From a virus, in IMG/VR virus record IMGVR_UViG_3300042526_000402, positions 1 to 64,000 of that record: a stretch of DNA of 64,000 nucleotides. One strand, 5' to 3'. The notes beneath the pieces were generated by a model. It did no database searches, was not told the DNA's origin, and saw only the letters and a program-made list of their open reading frames with translations. Shown here in pieces: positions 1 to 8,336 of the stretch. Numbering within the stretch: position 1 is the stretch's first letter; every line of letters starts with the position of its first letter. A program made the position numbers and the translations under genes.

Positions 1-527
1 ATTTCTACTACAGTAGCGACACCACCAACAACAGTAACTTTAGCAATAAATCCAGAACCTGAACCACCTGAGAATTCAACTTCATTATAAATACCATCTA
101 CAATGTTGTTACCATCATTACTGATTGTAAGTGTTAACACTTGATCATCTGTAAATGGAGTATATCCAACATGAAGAACATTTTGTGAAGCAGGACATGC
201 AGGAGCAAAATAAAATTTGCTTACATATTTTGGGTTGATTTCTTTAGATTTATTAGACTCTAAATATCCACCGTGAAAAGGTCCAATTTTATCTTTTGAA
301 AATAAAGAACCTGATGCCAAAATTAATGGGCAACATCCTGTACCAGTAAAAGAAGTTGGTTGAACCAACCAAGTTTTAGGATTAACAAAAGCATACTGTC
401 CAGCTGCTAAAATGTTTCCTGTAGTTCCTAATACACCTTGATTTAACGCGGTGTAACCTTGTGTACCTGGAGATAAAGCGTTAACTCCTACAAAGGCTTT
501 TTGAAAAGCATGATTAAAATAACTCAT
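1..527 (-). CDS. crAss-like conserved structural protein, N-terminal part (runs off the window edge)
   Basis: Not in the ORF track. ATG at 527 reads MSYFNHAFQKAFVGVNALSPGTQG...KIGPFHGGYLESNKSKEINPKYVSKF, open to position 1; lies in the virion gene block. Confidence 0.7.
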   Translation of the reverse strand, partial: MSYFNHAFQKAFVGVNALSPGTQGYTALNQGVLGTTGNILAAGQYAFVNPKTWLVQPTSFTGTGCCPLILASGSLFSKDKIGPFHGGYLESNKSKEINPKYVSKFYFAPACPASQNVLHVGYTPFTDDQVLTLTISNDGNNIVDGIYNEVEFSGGSGSGFIAKVTVVGGVATVVE

Positions 528-593
528 TGTTTTTTGTTTTAATTAATAAATAACACTAATTATAATATACTAAAAGATTTTATAATATCAAAA

Positions 594-1046
594 TTATTTC
601 AAGAAAAGTAATTTATATTTTGCAGAATTCATAGTTGATTTGATTGTGTCAAGATCATTTACAATTTCTGAGTAAGGCATTTTATCTTGCAACTTACATA
701 CCATATTACACATATCTTTTAAATAATCAATACCGTCAGCAACAGTATTTAATTTTCTAGGAGCAGCTTCTCCATAAGATAATAATTTTTCACTAGCACC
801 TTGGAAACTTTCTGCTAAATCATCAGCATGTCCAGGTAAAGCATCATATAACTCATTAAGAGCTTTGTGTGCAGCATAGGATCCAGCACCAGTTACTTTT
901 AAATGTAACTTGTGGAAACTAGTTGCAGCATTCATTAATTCACTTACACAAGCTGCAGTAAGGGATTCTACATTGCCATTAGCTGGAGCAGTAGCATATT
1001 CACTACTTGCTTTACTTGCCTCTGGTCTCTTTAACATTCTTTGCAT
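594..1046 (-). CDS. Dps/ferritin-like four-helix bundle protein
   Basis: FHKLHLKVTG-SYAAHKALNELYD-ADDLAE matches Dps-type HxxHW..G..F..H..L.E.Y ferroxidase helices. Confidence 0.7.
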   Translation of the reverse strand: MQRMLKRPEASKASSEYATAPANGNVESLTAACVSELMNAATSFHKLHLKVTGAGSYAAHKALNELYDALPGHADDLAESFQGASEKLLSYGEAAPRKLNTVADGIDYLKDMCNMVCKLQDKMPYSEIVNDLDTIKSTMNSAKYKLLFLK

Positions 1047-1051
1047 ATCTA

Positions 1052-1750
1052 TTAGTTATTTCTTTCTGATGACTGAGAGTTTCTAGAGTATTGATTTGTT
1101 GATTCAATATCTCCTGCTATTATAGCTACAGCATCATCAATTATTAGTTCCACTATATCATCTTTGAATTCACATAATACATCTGCTGTAGAAGCAGCTC
1201 CGGTGTATGGGTCTGAGCAGTTTAAAAACTGAACCTTTACAGGCTGTCTATAATAAGTTAGTGATGCATTAGGAATTTCAAATTTATCATTGGTGTATAT
1301 TTTAACACCATTATCCATTAGAGTAGCAAATGTTTCAGCCCACTCAAAACTAGGTTCTTTAGCCTTATCTCTTAAAAGTAAACTCAAGTCATCTTCTTCT
1401 GCAAGATATACTACCATCTTTCTCTTATCGCAGCATTCTTTATTAGCATACACATCTACTCTCTTCCACTGTAAATAGTTACCTGGTAAAGGTGATTCAT
1501 AATAAAGATCTCTTTTTCCTAAAGTAAGATTTTCTAATACAAGTAATCTTTGAAGATCATCTTTTCTTCTGTTACTAGATTCATCTCCTTCTTTAAAAGC
1601 ATTAGTTCCATGCAGCTGTCTTCTTACCCATTCTACCTGAGCTTTATTAAATGCCTCAACTATTTGCCAACATTGAATGTTGTCATAGTCTTGAGAATCT
1701 AATTTATTCAGCCTTTGTTTTACTTTTATTTCAATAGTGCTATTTAACAT
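1052..1750 (-). CDS. Putative head-tail adaptor/ring protein (crAss-like)
   Basis: LNKLDSQDY...FNKAQ N-terminus and LTYYRQP motif; size and position in the virion module. Confidence 0.55.
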   Translation of the reverse strand: MLNSTIEIKVKQRLNKLDSQDYDNIQCWQIVEAFNKAQVEWVRRQLHGTNAFKEGDESSNRRKDDLQRLLVLENLTLGKRDLYYESPLPGNYLQWKRVDVYANKECCDKRKMVVYLAEEDDLSLLLRDKAKEPSFEWAETFATLMDNGVKIYTNDKFEIPNASLTYYRQPVKVQFLNCSDPYTGAASTADVLCEFKDDIVELIIDDAVAIIAGDIESTNQYSRNSQSSERNN

Positions 1751-1752
1751 TA

Positions 1753-2244
1753 CTAGTCATTTAAAGTTCTTCTTGGGCGGTTGGCATATTTAATTCCTGC
1801 AGCTGCCGCAATTGTACCAATAACCACTGCTTGTTTAATTCTTTTTTTCTTTTGAGGACTCATTGGTTTTTTACCAGAAGTAGTTTTATTTGTTTTTTGT
1901 GAATTTAAATCATCCATCAATCTTTTTTCTTCTGATACTAATTTAGCTTTTTCAACTTTAGCTTTTTCAGCAACTACTCTTTGAGCAGCTTTAGTCTTTT
2001 CAGTTTTTATTCCAGATTTCACACCTCTAGCAAAACCTTTTCCAGCAGCTTTAACTCCTTCTTTTCCAGCTTTAGCAAAAGATACAGGACCCTTAATAGG
2101 TGTATTTCCAACAGCATTGTAATATGCTTTACCACCTCTAACAGTTGCTTTACCAGCAACTTTACCAGTTGCTGCTATAGCACGAACCATAGGCTTAATA
2201 ATTTTGCCCATCATTGCTTTTGGAAGTTCTTTTTTCTTTGCCAT
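1753..2244 (-). CDS. Lys/Ala/Gly-rich basic protein
   Basis: 163 aa ORF, strongly basic, 2-nt spacing to neighbours. Confidence 0.6.
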   Translation of the reverse strand: MAKKKELPKAMMGKIIKPMVRAIAATGKVAGKATVRGGKAYYNAVGNTPIKGPVSFAKAGKEGVKAAGKGFARGVKSGIKTEKTKAAQRVVAEKAKVEKAKLVSEEKRLMDDLNSQKTNKTTSGKKPMSPQKKKRIKQAVVIGTIAAAAGIKYANRPRRTLND

Positions 2245-2246
2245 AA

Positions 2247-2393
2247 TTATTTCTTTTTAGCTATTTTTTTCAGTGTTTTAGCCAAAGCTTTTCTCTTTGG
2301 TGTACAAGTAGGTTTAGAAATTGGAGTGCAAAAACCCTTATGTTTAGGGTTAACCGCTTTTTGTATCCAATTTTTATCCTTCTTCTCAGCCAT
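2247..2393 (-). CDS. Small basic protein, 48 aa (MAEKKDKNWIQKAVNPKHKGFCTPISKPTCTPKRKALAKTLKKIAKKK)
   Basis: Translated by hand; fills the gap with 2-nt spacing on both sides. Confidence 0.7.
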   Translation of the reverse strand: MAEKKDKNWIQKAVNPKHKGFCTPISKPTCTPKRKALAKTLKKIAKKK

Positions 2394-2395
2394 TA

Positions 2396-2791
2396 TTAAC
2401 AGTTCTTTTTAGTTGCACCACCCATTTTTTTCTTGCTCATTTTTGCACCAGCAATTCTATCAGCAGCAGTAGCTCTAGGGTTTTTATCTACACCAGCTTT
2501 AACAGATAGCATACCAAATGTAGAACCACCTTTTTTAAAGCTAGGTGTTTCTCTAGTACCACATCTACCATCAGGCATTCTAACTGTACCTGGAGGACAT
2601 GAATGTTTAACAGCAGTTACTTTAGAACCACCTTTCTTCATAGACTCCATACCTTGCATATTAGGTCCTGTAGCGCCAGCATTAGGAATCCCAAATATTA
2701 ATCCTTTTGGTGAAGCAGATCCTACTGTTGTTTTCATTGTAGACCCACCTTTTTGCATCTTAGCACCACCACATTTCATACACTTTGCCAT
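2396..2791 (-). CDS. Basic protein with repeated KKGG/xKGG motifs
   Basis: MKCGG, MQKGGS, MKKGGS, FKKGGS, KKMGG repeats. Confidence 0.7.
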   Translation of the reverse strand: MAKCMKCGGAKMQKGGSTMKTTVGSASPKGLIFGIPNAGATGPNMQGMESMKKGGSKVTAVKHSCPPGTVRMPDGRCGTRETPSFKKGGSTFGMLSVKAGVDKNPRATAADRIAGAKMSKKKMGGATKKNC

Positions 2792-2803
2792 CTTATATAA
2801 GTT

Positions 2804-3334
2804 TTAACAATTCCATTTTCTTAGAGAAAGAGCTTTTCTAGTAGGTCTTCCTTTTTCATCTTTCATAGGTCCAGGCATTCCTGACATTCTAGCACAAAAG
2901 CTTTTTCTTCTCTTAGCATCTTTACTATCTGGATCAAGCTTTGATGGCTTAGTAGTCACAGCCATTTTTAATTTGCTTCCTGGATTTTCTTTTCTGTAGG
3001 AAGCAACTCCTTTAGCATTAAGACCACCTGTCTTATTCTTACCTTCTTTTCTAGTCCAAGCTGCCGTAGACCCACCAGTTTTCATTTTAGATAAACCTTT
3101 TCCCTGATAGTTGTAATCAGGATTATCTTTATGCCATTTCTTTGTAGCTGCTACACCCTGAGCTACTGTTTTTGCTCTTCCTTTTGCAGTAAGATCTATT
3201 GTATCCCACTGACCTTTATCTTTGGTAGGATGGTTAACCATTATATTACCAACCTTTCCTTCACCTTTTTTTGTAGTTTTTTTATATACTACATGTTTTT
3301 CACCATCTGCAGTAACTTTTACCTTAGCTGCCAT
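2804..3334 (-). CDS. Basic phage protein with DUF6321-like C-terminal domain
   Basis: AWTRKEGKN..GGLNAKG..SY..ENPGSKLK...RRKSFCARM.G...SLRKWNC. Confidence 0.65.
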   Translation of the reverse strand: MAAKVKVTADGEKHVVYKKTTKKGEGKVGNIMVNHPTKDKGQWDTIDLTAKGRAKTVAQGVAATKKWHKDNPDYNYQGKGLSKMKTGGSTAAWTRKEGKNKTGGLNAKGVASYRKENPGSKLKMAVTTKPSKLDPDSKDAKRRKSFCARMSGMPGPMKDEKGRPTRKALSLRKWNC

Positions 3335-3336
3335 GA

Positions 3337-3489
3337 CTATTTCTTTTTTGTTGTTGCCTTAATCTTCTTCTCTTGTTTCAGCATTGCTGCTGTAGGTTTC
3401 TTTCCAGAACCTTTAGCATCACGGATGTTATCCCAGAGACCTCTCTGGGAAACACTACCGTCTTTTCTTTTTAGCATTTGCTTTGCCAT
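3337..3489 (-). CDS. Small basic protein, 50 aa (MAKQMLKRKDGSVSQRGLWDNIRDAKGSGKKPTAAMLKQEKKIKATTKKK)
   Basis: Translated by hand; abuts both neighbours. Confidence 0.7.
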   Translation of the reverse strand: MAKQMLKRKDGSVSQRGLWDNIRDAKGSGKKPTAAMLKQEKKIKATTKKK

Positions 3490-3731
3490 TATTTTCTTTT
3501 TAAAGTTCTAACTGGTCTTGCTACAGTTTTTGCTGCTGGAGCTTTACCTGAAGTAACAATTCCTCCTAGTGCTTTAATTTGTTCTTGTGCATGCTTTGCA
3601 ACATGCATCATCATTTTAGGATCTTTTCTGATTTCATCAGCTCTTTTCAAAGTACTTAAAGCAGATTCAATCTCCCATCTGTCCATTTCTTTCTTTGCCG
3701 GGGAAGCAATTGGTTTACTTACTTTAGCCAT
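3489..3731 (-). CDS. Small basic protein
   Basis: 80 aa ORF in the operon; WEIESALSTLKRADEIRKDPK motif. Confidence 0.65.
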   Translation of the reverse strand: MAKVSKPIASPAKKEMDRWEIESALSTLKRADEIRKDPKMMMHVAKHAQEQIKALGGIVTSGKAPAAKTVARPVRTLKRK

Positions 3732-3733
3732 GA

Positions 3734-4015
3734 CTATTTCTTTTTAAATAATTTTTTAAAAAAAGATTTAATTTTAGTAGACAATGATACTGACTCAACA
3801 ACTTTTTCTTCAACTTCTTTAACTAATTCTTCTAAAGATTCTTTGTGTTCAGAAATAATTTTAGTTGTTTCATATACAGCATTCTCAACTACTGGTAATA
3901 CTTCTTCAACAATTGCTTCAACTTTCTTAACTACTTTTTTTACAACTTTTTTTCTTGGAGCTCTTGGAGTCTTTACTTTCTCAACAACAGCTACTTCTAC
4001 TTTTTTCTTTGCCAT
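3734..4015 (-). CDS. Lys/Val/Glu-rich small protein
   Basis: 93 aa ORF in the operon. Confidence 0.6.
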   Translation of the reverse strand: MAKKKVEVAVVEKVKTPRAPRKKVVKKVVKKVEAIVEEVLPVVENAVYETTKIISEHKESLEELVKEVEEKVVESVSLSTKIKSFFKKLFKKK

Positions 4016-4020
4016 AATAT

Positions 4021-4058
4021 TAAAATAAAATTAAGCAGTACCCTATCTAGGTACTGCT
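4021..4058 (-). terminator. Intrinsic terminator overlapping the stop codon of the 58-aa gene
   Basis: AGCAGTACC/GGTACTGCT inverted repeat followed by a U-rich tract on the minus strand. Confidence 0.55.
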
Positions 4059-4219
4059 GTTTTAGGAGCTTTGGATGTTCCACCCACTCTTCCTTTTGCT
4101 ACTTTTTGTACGGTTGCTTTTGGATTAACTCCAGATTTAACACCTTTACTTCCAGCAACTTTAGAAGCTGTAACTTTTGCATTTGGGTTATTCATTTTCC
4201 CAGTTGTGTAATTTGCCAT
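4043..4219 (-). CDS. Small basic protein, 58 aa (MANYTTGKMNNPNAKVTASKVAGSKGVKSGVNPKATVQKVAKGRVGGTSKAPKTAVPR)
   Basis: Translated by hand; A-rich leader. Confidence 0.7.
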   Translation of the reverse strand: MANYTTGKMNNPNAKVTASKVAGSKGVKSGVNPKATVQKVAKGRVGGTSKAPKTAVPR

Positions 4220-4231
4220 TTTATTTTATTT

Positions 4232-5248
4232 TTAAGAGTTCCAATATTTTTCACAAGCCATGTTCAAGTCTTTTAAAATATCCTCATTTAAAGGATTTTT
4301 TAAGTGCTCTAATACATCAGAAACATTCCTACCTAACAATGCATTAGTTTTGGTATGATAGATATAACCATCGGCCTTATTAACAATATACTTAAAAAAT
4401 ACGGAATCTCTAACAATTGATTTAATTTTTAATGTTTCCATATCTAAAGTAGCTACTTCCATAAATGTTTTAGCAGCTCTTTCTTTGTTGCTTTCACCAC
4501 CTAAACCAGAAATGTAGTTATCCATATTTTCATAGATTACATCATTTGGTGTAGATTTTCTATATTGTGTACTGTTAATATCTACAACTTTTGCAATGTA
4601 GAATAACTTAGTACTGTTTTTGTCAAATAATTTTTGTAGTTCAGATAGAGCTTTGTTACGTAATTTTTTGTACTCTGTTCTTACCATTACAGTTTCCTCT
4701 TCTTTGTCTAAGTAAAACTTTGGTGGAACAGCTTTTGCTCTTGCATCTTCTAAACTTTTTGAAACTAATGAGAATCCCCCAGCTTCAATTGCATATAATT
4801 TAATTCTGTCATACGGATCCTTTGGATCTAAGAACAAAGGTTCATTACCACATGAAATAGAAATTCTATTCCAGAATTCAGAATTGTTTGGTCTTAGTAA
4901 AGTTACTTTAGCCCAAAATTCTTTATCATCAACATCAATAACATTAGCTGCTAGTTCTTGTTCTAACTCTGCAACTGCTGCTCTAATCTCTCTTACTCTA
5001 GCTTCTTTCTCTGCTGTAGGAAGTAATTTGATTTCTGGAGCAAACTCATTTAATCCAGTTACATATCTTACTACACCATTGTTATCTAAACAAGCTAGTT
5101 GTTCATTATGTGTTACCCCATCAAATAAGCTCATACCATAGTCTTCTAATCCCATGTTAGAAGCAGAGTTATCAAAGTAAGGTCTTACAGCAATAGCTGT
5201 TTTTTTAACTGAGCCTTTTCCGGTCTCAACCATTGTGAAATTTTCCAT
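4232..5248 (-). CDS. Conserved crAss-like protein immediately downstream of the major capsid gene
   Basis: 338 aa; synteny with the capsid gene as in crAss-like phages. Confidence 0.6.
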   Translation of the reverse strand: MENFTMVETGKGSVKKTAIAVRPYFDNSASNMGLEDYGMSLFDGVTHNEQLACLDNNGVVRYVTGLNEFAPEIKLLPTAEKEARVREIRAAVAELEQELAANVIDVDDKEFWAKVTLLRPNNSEFWNRISISCGNEPLFLDPKDPYDRIKLYAIEAGGFSLVSKSLEDARAKAVPPKFYLDKEEETVMVRTEYKKLRNKALSELQKLFDKNSTKLFYIAKVVDINSTQYRKSTPNDVIYENMDNYISGLGGESNKERAAKTFMEVATLDMETLKIKSIVRDSVFFKYIVNKADGYIYHTKTNALLGRNVSDVLEHLKNPLNEDILKDLNMACEKYWNS

Positions 5249-5282
5249 TGTTTTGTTGGTTTTTGTTTGTGTAAAATTAATT

Positions 5283-5319
5283 AAAAAAATAGGTAGAGGA
5301 AATTAATCCCCTACCTATT
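5283..5319 (-). terminator. Intrinsic terminator after the capsid gene
   Basis: AATAGGTAG-GGA...TCC-CTACCTATT hairpin plus poly-T on the minus strand. Confidence 0.7.
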
Positions 5320-5329
5320 CTAGGTATTA

Positions 5330-6949
5330 TTAGAAACTTCCTCCTGTAATAGGGTTTCTCATTACAATCTTTAATACCTTAGTCGGATCTTTAACCCAAA
5401 TAGCAGGCATTGTTTGAGACATCATTACACGGTATCCATTGAATTGACCTGAAGATTGGAACCCTTGAGTTCTACCCATGTAATCCATAGTACCATTTTG
5501 ATACCACCATTTCAATTGATTATCCCAAGATAATTTCAATAAGAAGATGTTATCATTAGTATTATCAGTGATATCAAAGATAATGAATGAATAAGAAGAT
5601 AATGGGAAACCATCAATGATTGGGTTCTCAATATCATTTGTGTGAACATTATCAAATGCTGGATTCAATACAAATTTCACGTTAGCCAAGAATGGGATAA
5701 CATATGAAGTGTATGCAAATCCAAAGTTTAAGTCCATACCTTTACCAGTGATTGCACCGATATCAGCAGCTTGGATTAATAAACCTGAAGATACTGCTTC
5801 ACGTTTGATAGCCTCATTTACCATTCTCATACCACCCATACCAGTTTGTACAACTAGAGAGCGTTTTGGATCTGGACCTTGGAATTCAACTTTACCATTG
5901 AAGAAGTTGTAGATCTCACCACGGAATAAATCCAATGTGAAGTTATTTTTGTTGTAGATTCTTTTGAAAGAGTTATCCAACTGTTTCCAAAGACCCACTG
6001 ACAATCTTAAATCATCTGGACCATCTTGTTTGATTCTACCACCTTGTCCCCACATTAAGTAAGTCTCAATATCTTGAGCTATCTTAGACAAGTGAGCAGC
6101 TTCCATAGTAGTTAAGAAAGTTCTAGATAAATCACCATTGTCAAAAGCTTTTTTAACTTTGTCTTTACCTAATGTCTTAACCATATCATCTAAGCTATTG
6201 ATTGAAGGATCATTTAAGTTTGTATCAAATGTTCTCCAGATCTCAGTTACAGGAACTGTACCATCTGCATTCATACCACCTTTGATCATTAAATCTGCTC
6301 TAGAAGAAATAGAGTAATGAACGTGAGCTTCAGCACCTCCTACAAAGTTGTAGAATTCACGGAAACCAGCTCTAGTTTGGATGTCAGAGAATCTCTCACC
6401 ATACTCACCACGAGCAGAACCTTTACGGAATACTTTAGTACCATTAGCTAAGTACTTGTTATCCAAGAACTTGAAGTTATCATTATTTACTAACTGTACG
6501 GTATAGATAAATCCATCACCTACAGGTAAAATATCTTCAGCTGTTACATAAAGTTCAACACCGTTATATTTGTCATATGTGAACATATCACCATGTCCAA
6601 ACTCACGTCTGTTTAACTTTACTCTGAAGGTTGATCCTTCAATTCCTTTGAACTCATTATCTGGTTCAATGTCCTCAATAATGTAAGGAAGATCAATAGA
6701 CACAGGAGTCTGCCATCTATATTCACCTCTTGCATTATCAACCATAATTACATTTTTTCCGCCAAAAGAAGACATTTGGTATAGGGGCATTTCAACTTTT
6801 TGAGCCATAGCCCATAAGTCTACTGGACCTAAATCCATTGGTTGTGCATCTTTCAACATGTTTACTAAGTGGTAAGAATCCACATGTGAACTTGCATTGT
6901 ATGCAGTATCACGCAGAAATATACCATTGTTTAAAACTGGAGTTGCCAT
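5330..6949 (-). CDS. Major capsid protein (crAss-like)
   Basis: 539 aa; position after terminase, portal and scaffold; followed by a strong terminator; resembles crAss-like MCPs. Confidence 0.8.
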   Translation of the reverse strand: MATPVLNNGIFLRDTAYNASSHVDSYHLVNMLKDAQPMDLGPVDLWAMAQKVEMPLYQMSSFGGKNVIMVDNARGEYRWQTPVSIDLPYIIEDIEPDNEFKGIEGSTFRVKLNRREFGHGDMFTYDKYNGVELYVTAEDILPVGDGFIYTVQLVNNDNFKFLDNKYLANGTKVFRKGSARGEYGERFSDIQTRAGFREFYNFVGGAEAHVHYSISSRADLMIKGGMNADGTVPVTEIWRTFDTNLNDPSINSLDDMVKTLGKDKVKKAFDNGDLSRTFLTTMEAAHLSKIAQDIETYLMWGQGGRIKQDGPDDLRLSVGLWKQLDNSFKRIYNKNNFTLDLFRGEIYNFFNGKVEFQGPDPKRSLVVQTGMGGMRMVNEAIKREAVSSGLLIQAADIGAITGKGMDLNFGFAYTSYVIPFLANVKFVLNPAFDNVHTNDIENPIIDGFPLSSYSFIIFDITDNTNDNIFLLKLSWDNQLKWWYQNGTMDYMGRTQGFQSSGQFNGYRVMMSQTMPAIWVKDPTKVLKIVMRNPITGGSF

Positions 6950-6974
6950 TTATATTTATTTATTAGTTACTTAT

Positions 6975-8246
6975 TTAAAATGTACGTCTGAATATATTAG
7001 TATTCTGACGCTGTATTGTTTTTTGTGAAGATCCAGGTTTTTTAGTATCTGTTGCTCCAGTATTAGTTGAAGAACTTGAAAGTTTTCTTGACTCTTCAGT
7101 CTTCAATGCTCTCACAGTTTTTTCAACTGATTCTTTATTACCTACTTCTTTTACTCTATTTCTGTATCCTTCTGGATCTTGTAATAACCAAAGTGCTTCA
7201 GCAATTAACCCATGATTAGGTTCAACAAACTGATACTTCTCTAACAAGTGTCCTAACAAGTTTGTATTCTTACCTGATATAGATGGGTAGTTAGGTTGCA
7301 CCAATCCAGAATAAAGTAAGCTTTGTACTTTCTTATCCAATTTAAGTCCAGCAAGTTCACCCGCTGCAAGTGTATTATACACACTATCAGTATAAGCTTT
7401 AGCTTGTTTTTGTTGTTGTTCTTTTTTGTGCTCTTGTTCTGCTAACTGTCTTGCAACAATTTCTTCTTGCATTCTGTCTAACTTAGGTTTAAACTGATTA
7501 GCTTTTTGTTCAAGCTTATTCATGTCAGCCCAATCTTGAATCTCTGATTCAATTTCTTCAGCATTTCCAAAGTTAGTAGCCCAAAGATATTGTCTAGCAA
7601 TTTCTTCTTGGTCACCTTCATTAGAAGGATCTAAGTCAATGATCTCTTCTACATGCGCCAGAGTTCTAAAAAGACCCTTTAAATCTTGTCCGCCATCAGC
7701 TACATATTTAGCAGCAATTTGAAGTTCTTCAGGAAGAGCATTAAAAAATTCTTTAGGAACTTTTGCCTTTACAGCATTTTCTCTTTCTTGAAAATTTGCT
7801 TCAAACAATTCTCTAAAATCTTTAGTACTGTACTCTTCTAAAGCTTTATCATCATCAAAAGGAATTAGAGTTCCTTCCTCAATCATTTTTTGTGCTAGAT
7901 CATAAAGACCTTCTTTATCTACTTTAGGTCTTCCTTTTGTCCCAGCTGTTTCTTCTTGAGAAATTAAATTATCTAACTCAGCAATAGTTTCTTCAACTTC
8001 TGCTTTATCCTCTACTGCTTGAGCTTTTTCTTTTGCAGTACTTGTTGTATTGTCAAGGAACGTAGTGTCAATGTTTTCTTTGGAGAACATGGTTTTAGGC
8101 TTACTTTCTTCAGCTGTCTTACCATCTTCTGGTGTCATGATGTTTGCTGCACCAGGATTACCAAATAATTCATCAATGTTTACATCAACTTGCTCTACCG
8201 TTGTAGAATCTTGAATGTCATCAAGATTAGTTGCATCTTTGTTCAT
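6975..8246 (-). CDS. Acidic coiled-coil protein between portal and capsid (scaffold-like)
   Basis: D/E-rich 423 aa; synteny. Confidence 0.6.
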   Translation of the reverse strand: MNKDATNLDDIQDSTTVEQVDVNIDELFGNPGAANIMTPEDGKTAEESKPKTMFSKENIDTTFLDNTTSTAKEKAQAVEDKAEVEETIAELDNLISQEETAGTKGRPKVDKEGLYDLAQKMIEEGTLIPFDDDKALEEYSTKDFRELFEANFQERENAVKAKVPKEFFNALPEELQIAAKYVADGGQDLKGLFRTLAHVEEIIDLDPSNEGDQEEIARQYLWATNFGNAEEIESEIQDWADMNKLEQKANQFKPKLDRMQEEIVARQLAEQEHKKEQQQKQAKAYTDSVYNTLAAGELAGLKLDKKVQSLLYSGLVQPNYPSISGKNTNLLGHLLEKYQFVEPNHGLIAEALWLLQDPEGYRNRVKEVGNKESVEKTVRALKTEESRKLSSSSTNTGATDTKKPGSSQKTIQRQNTNIFRRTF

Positions 8247-8336
8247 GTTGTTGGTTTTGGTTTATAATTTAATATAATAAATAAACTTGATAAATTTAAA
8301 AGTCTTAAAAACATTTTTTGCATTATATAGCTAAGC

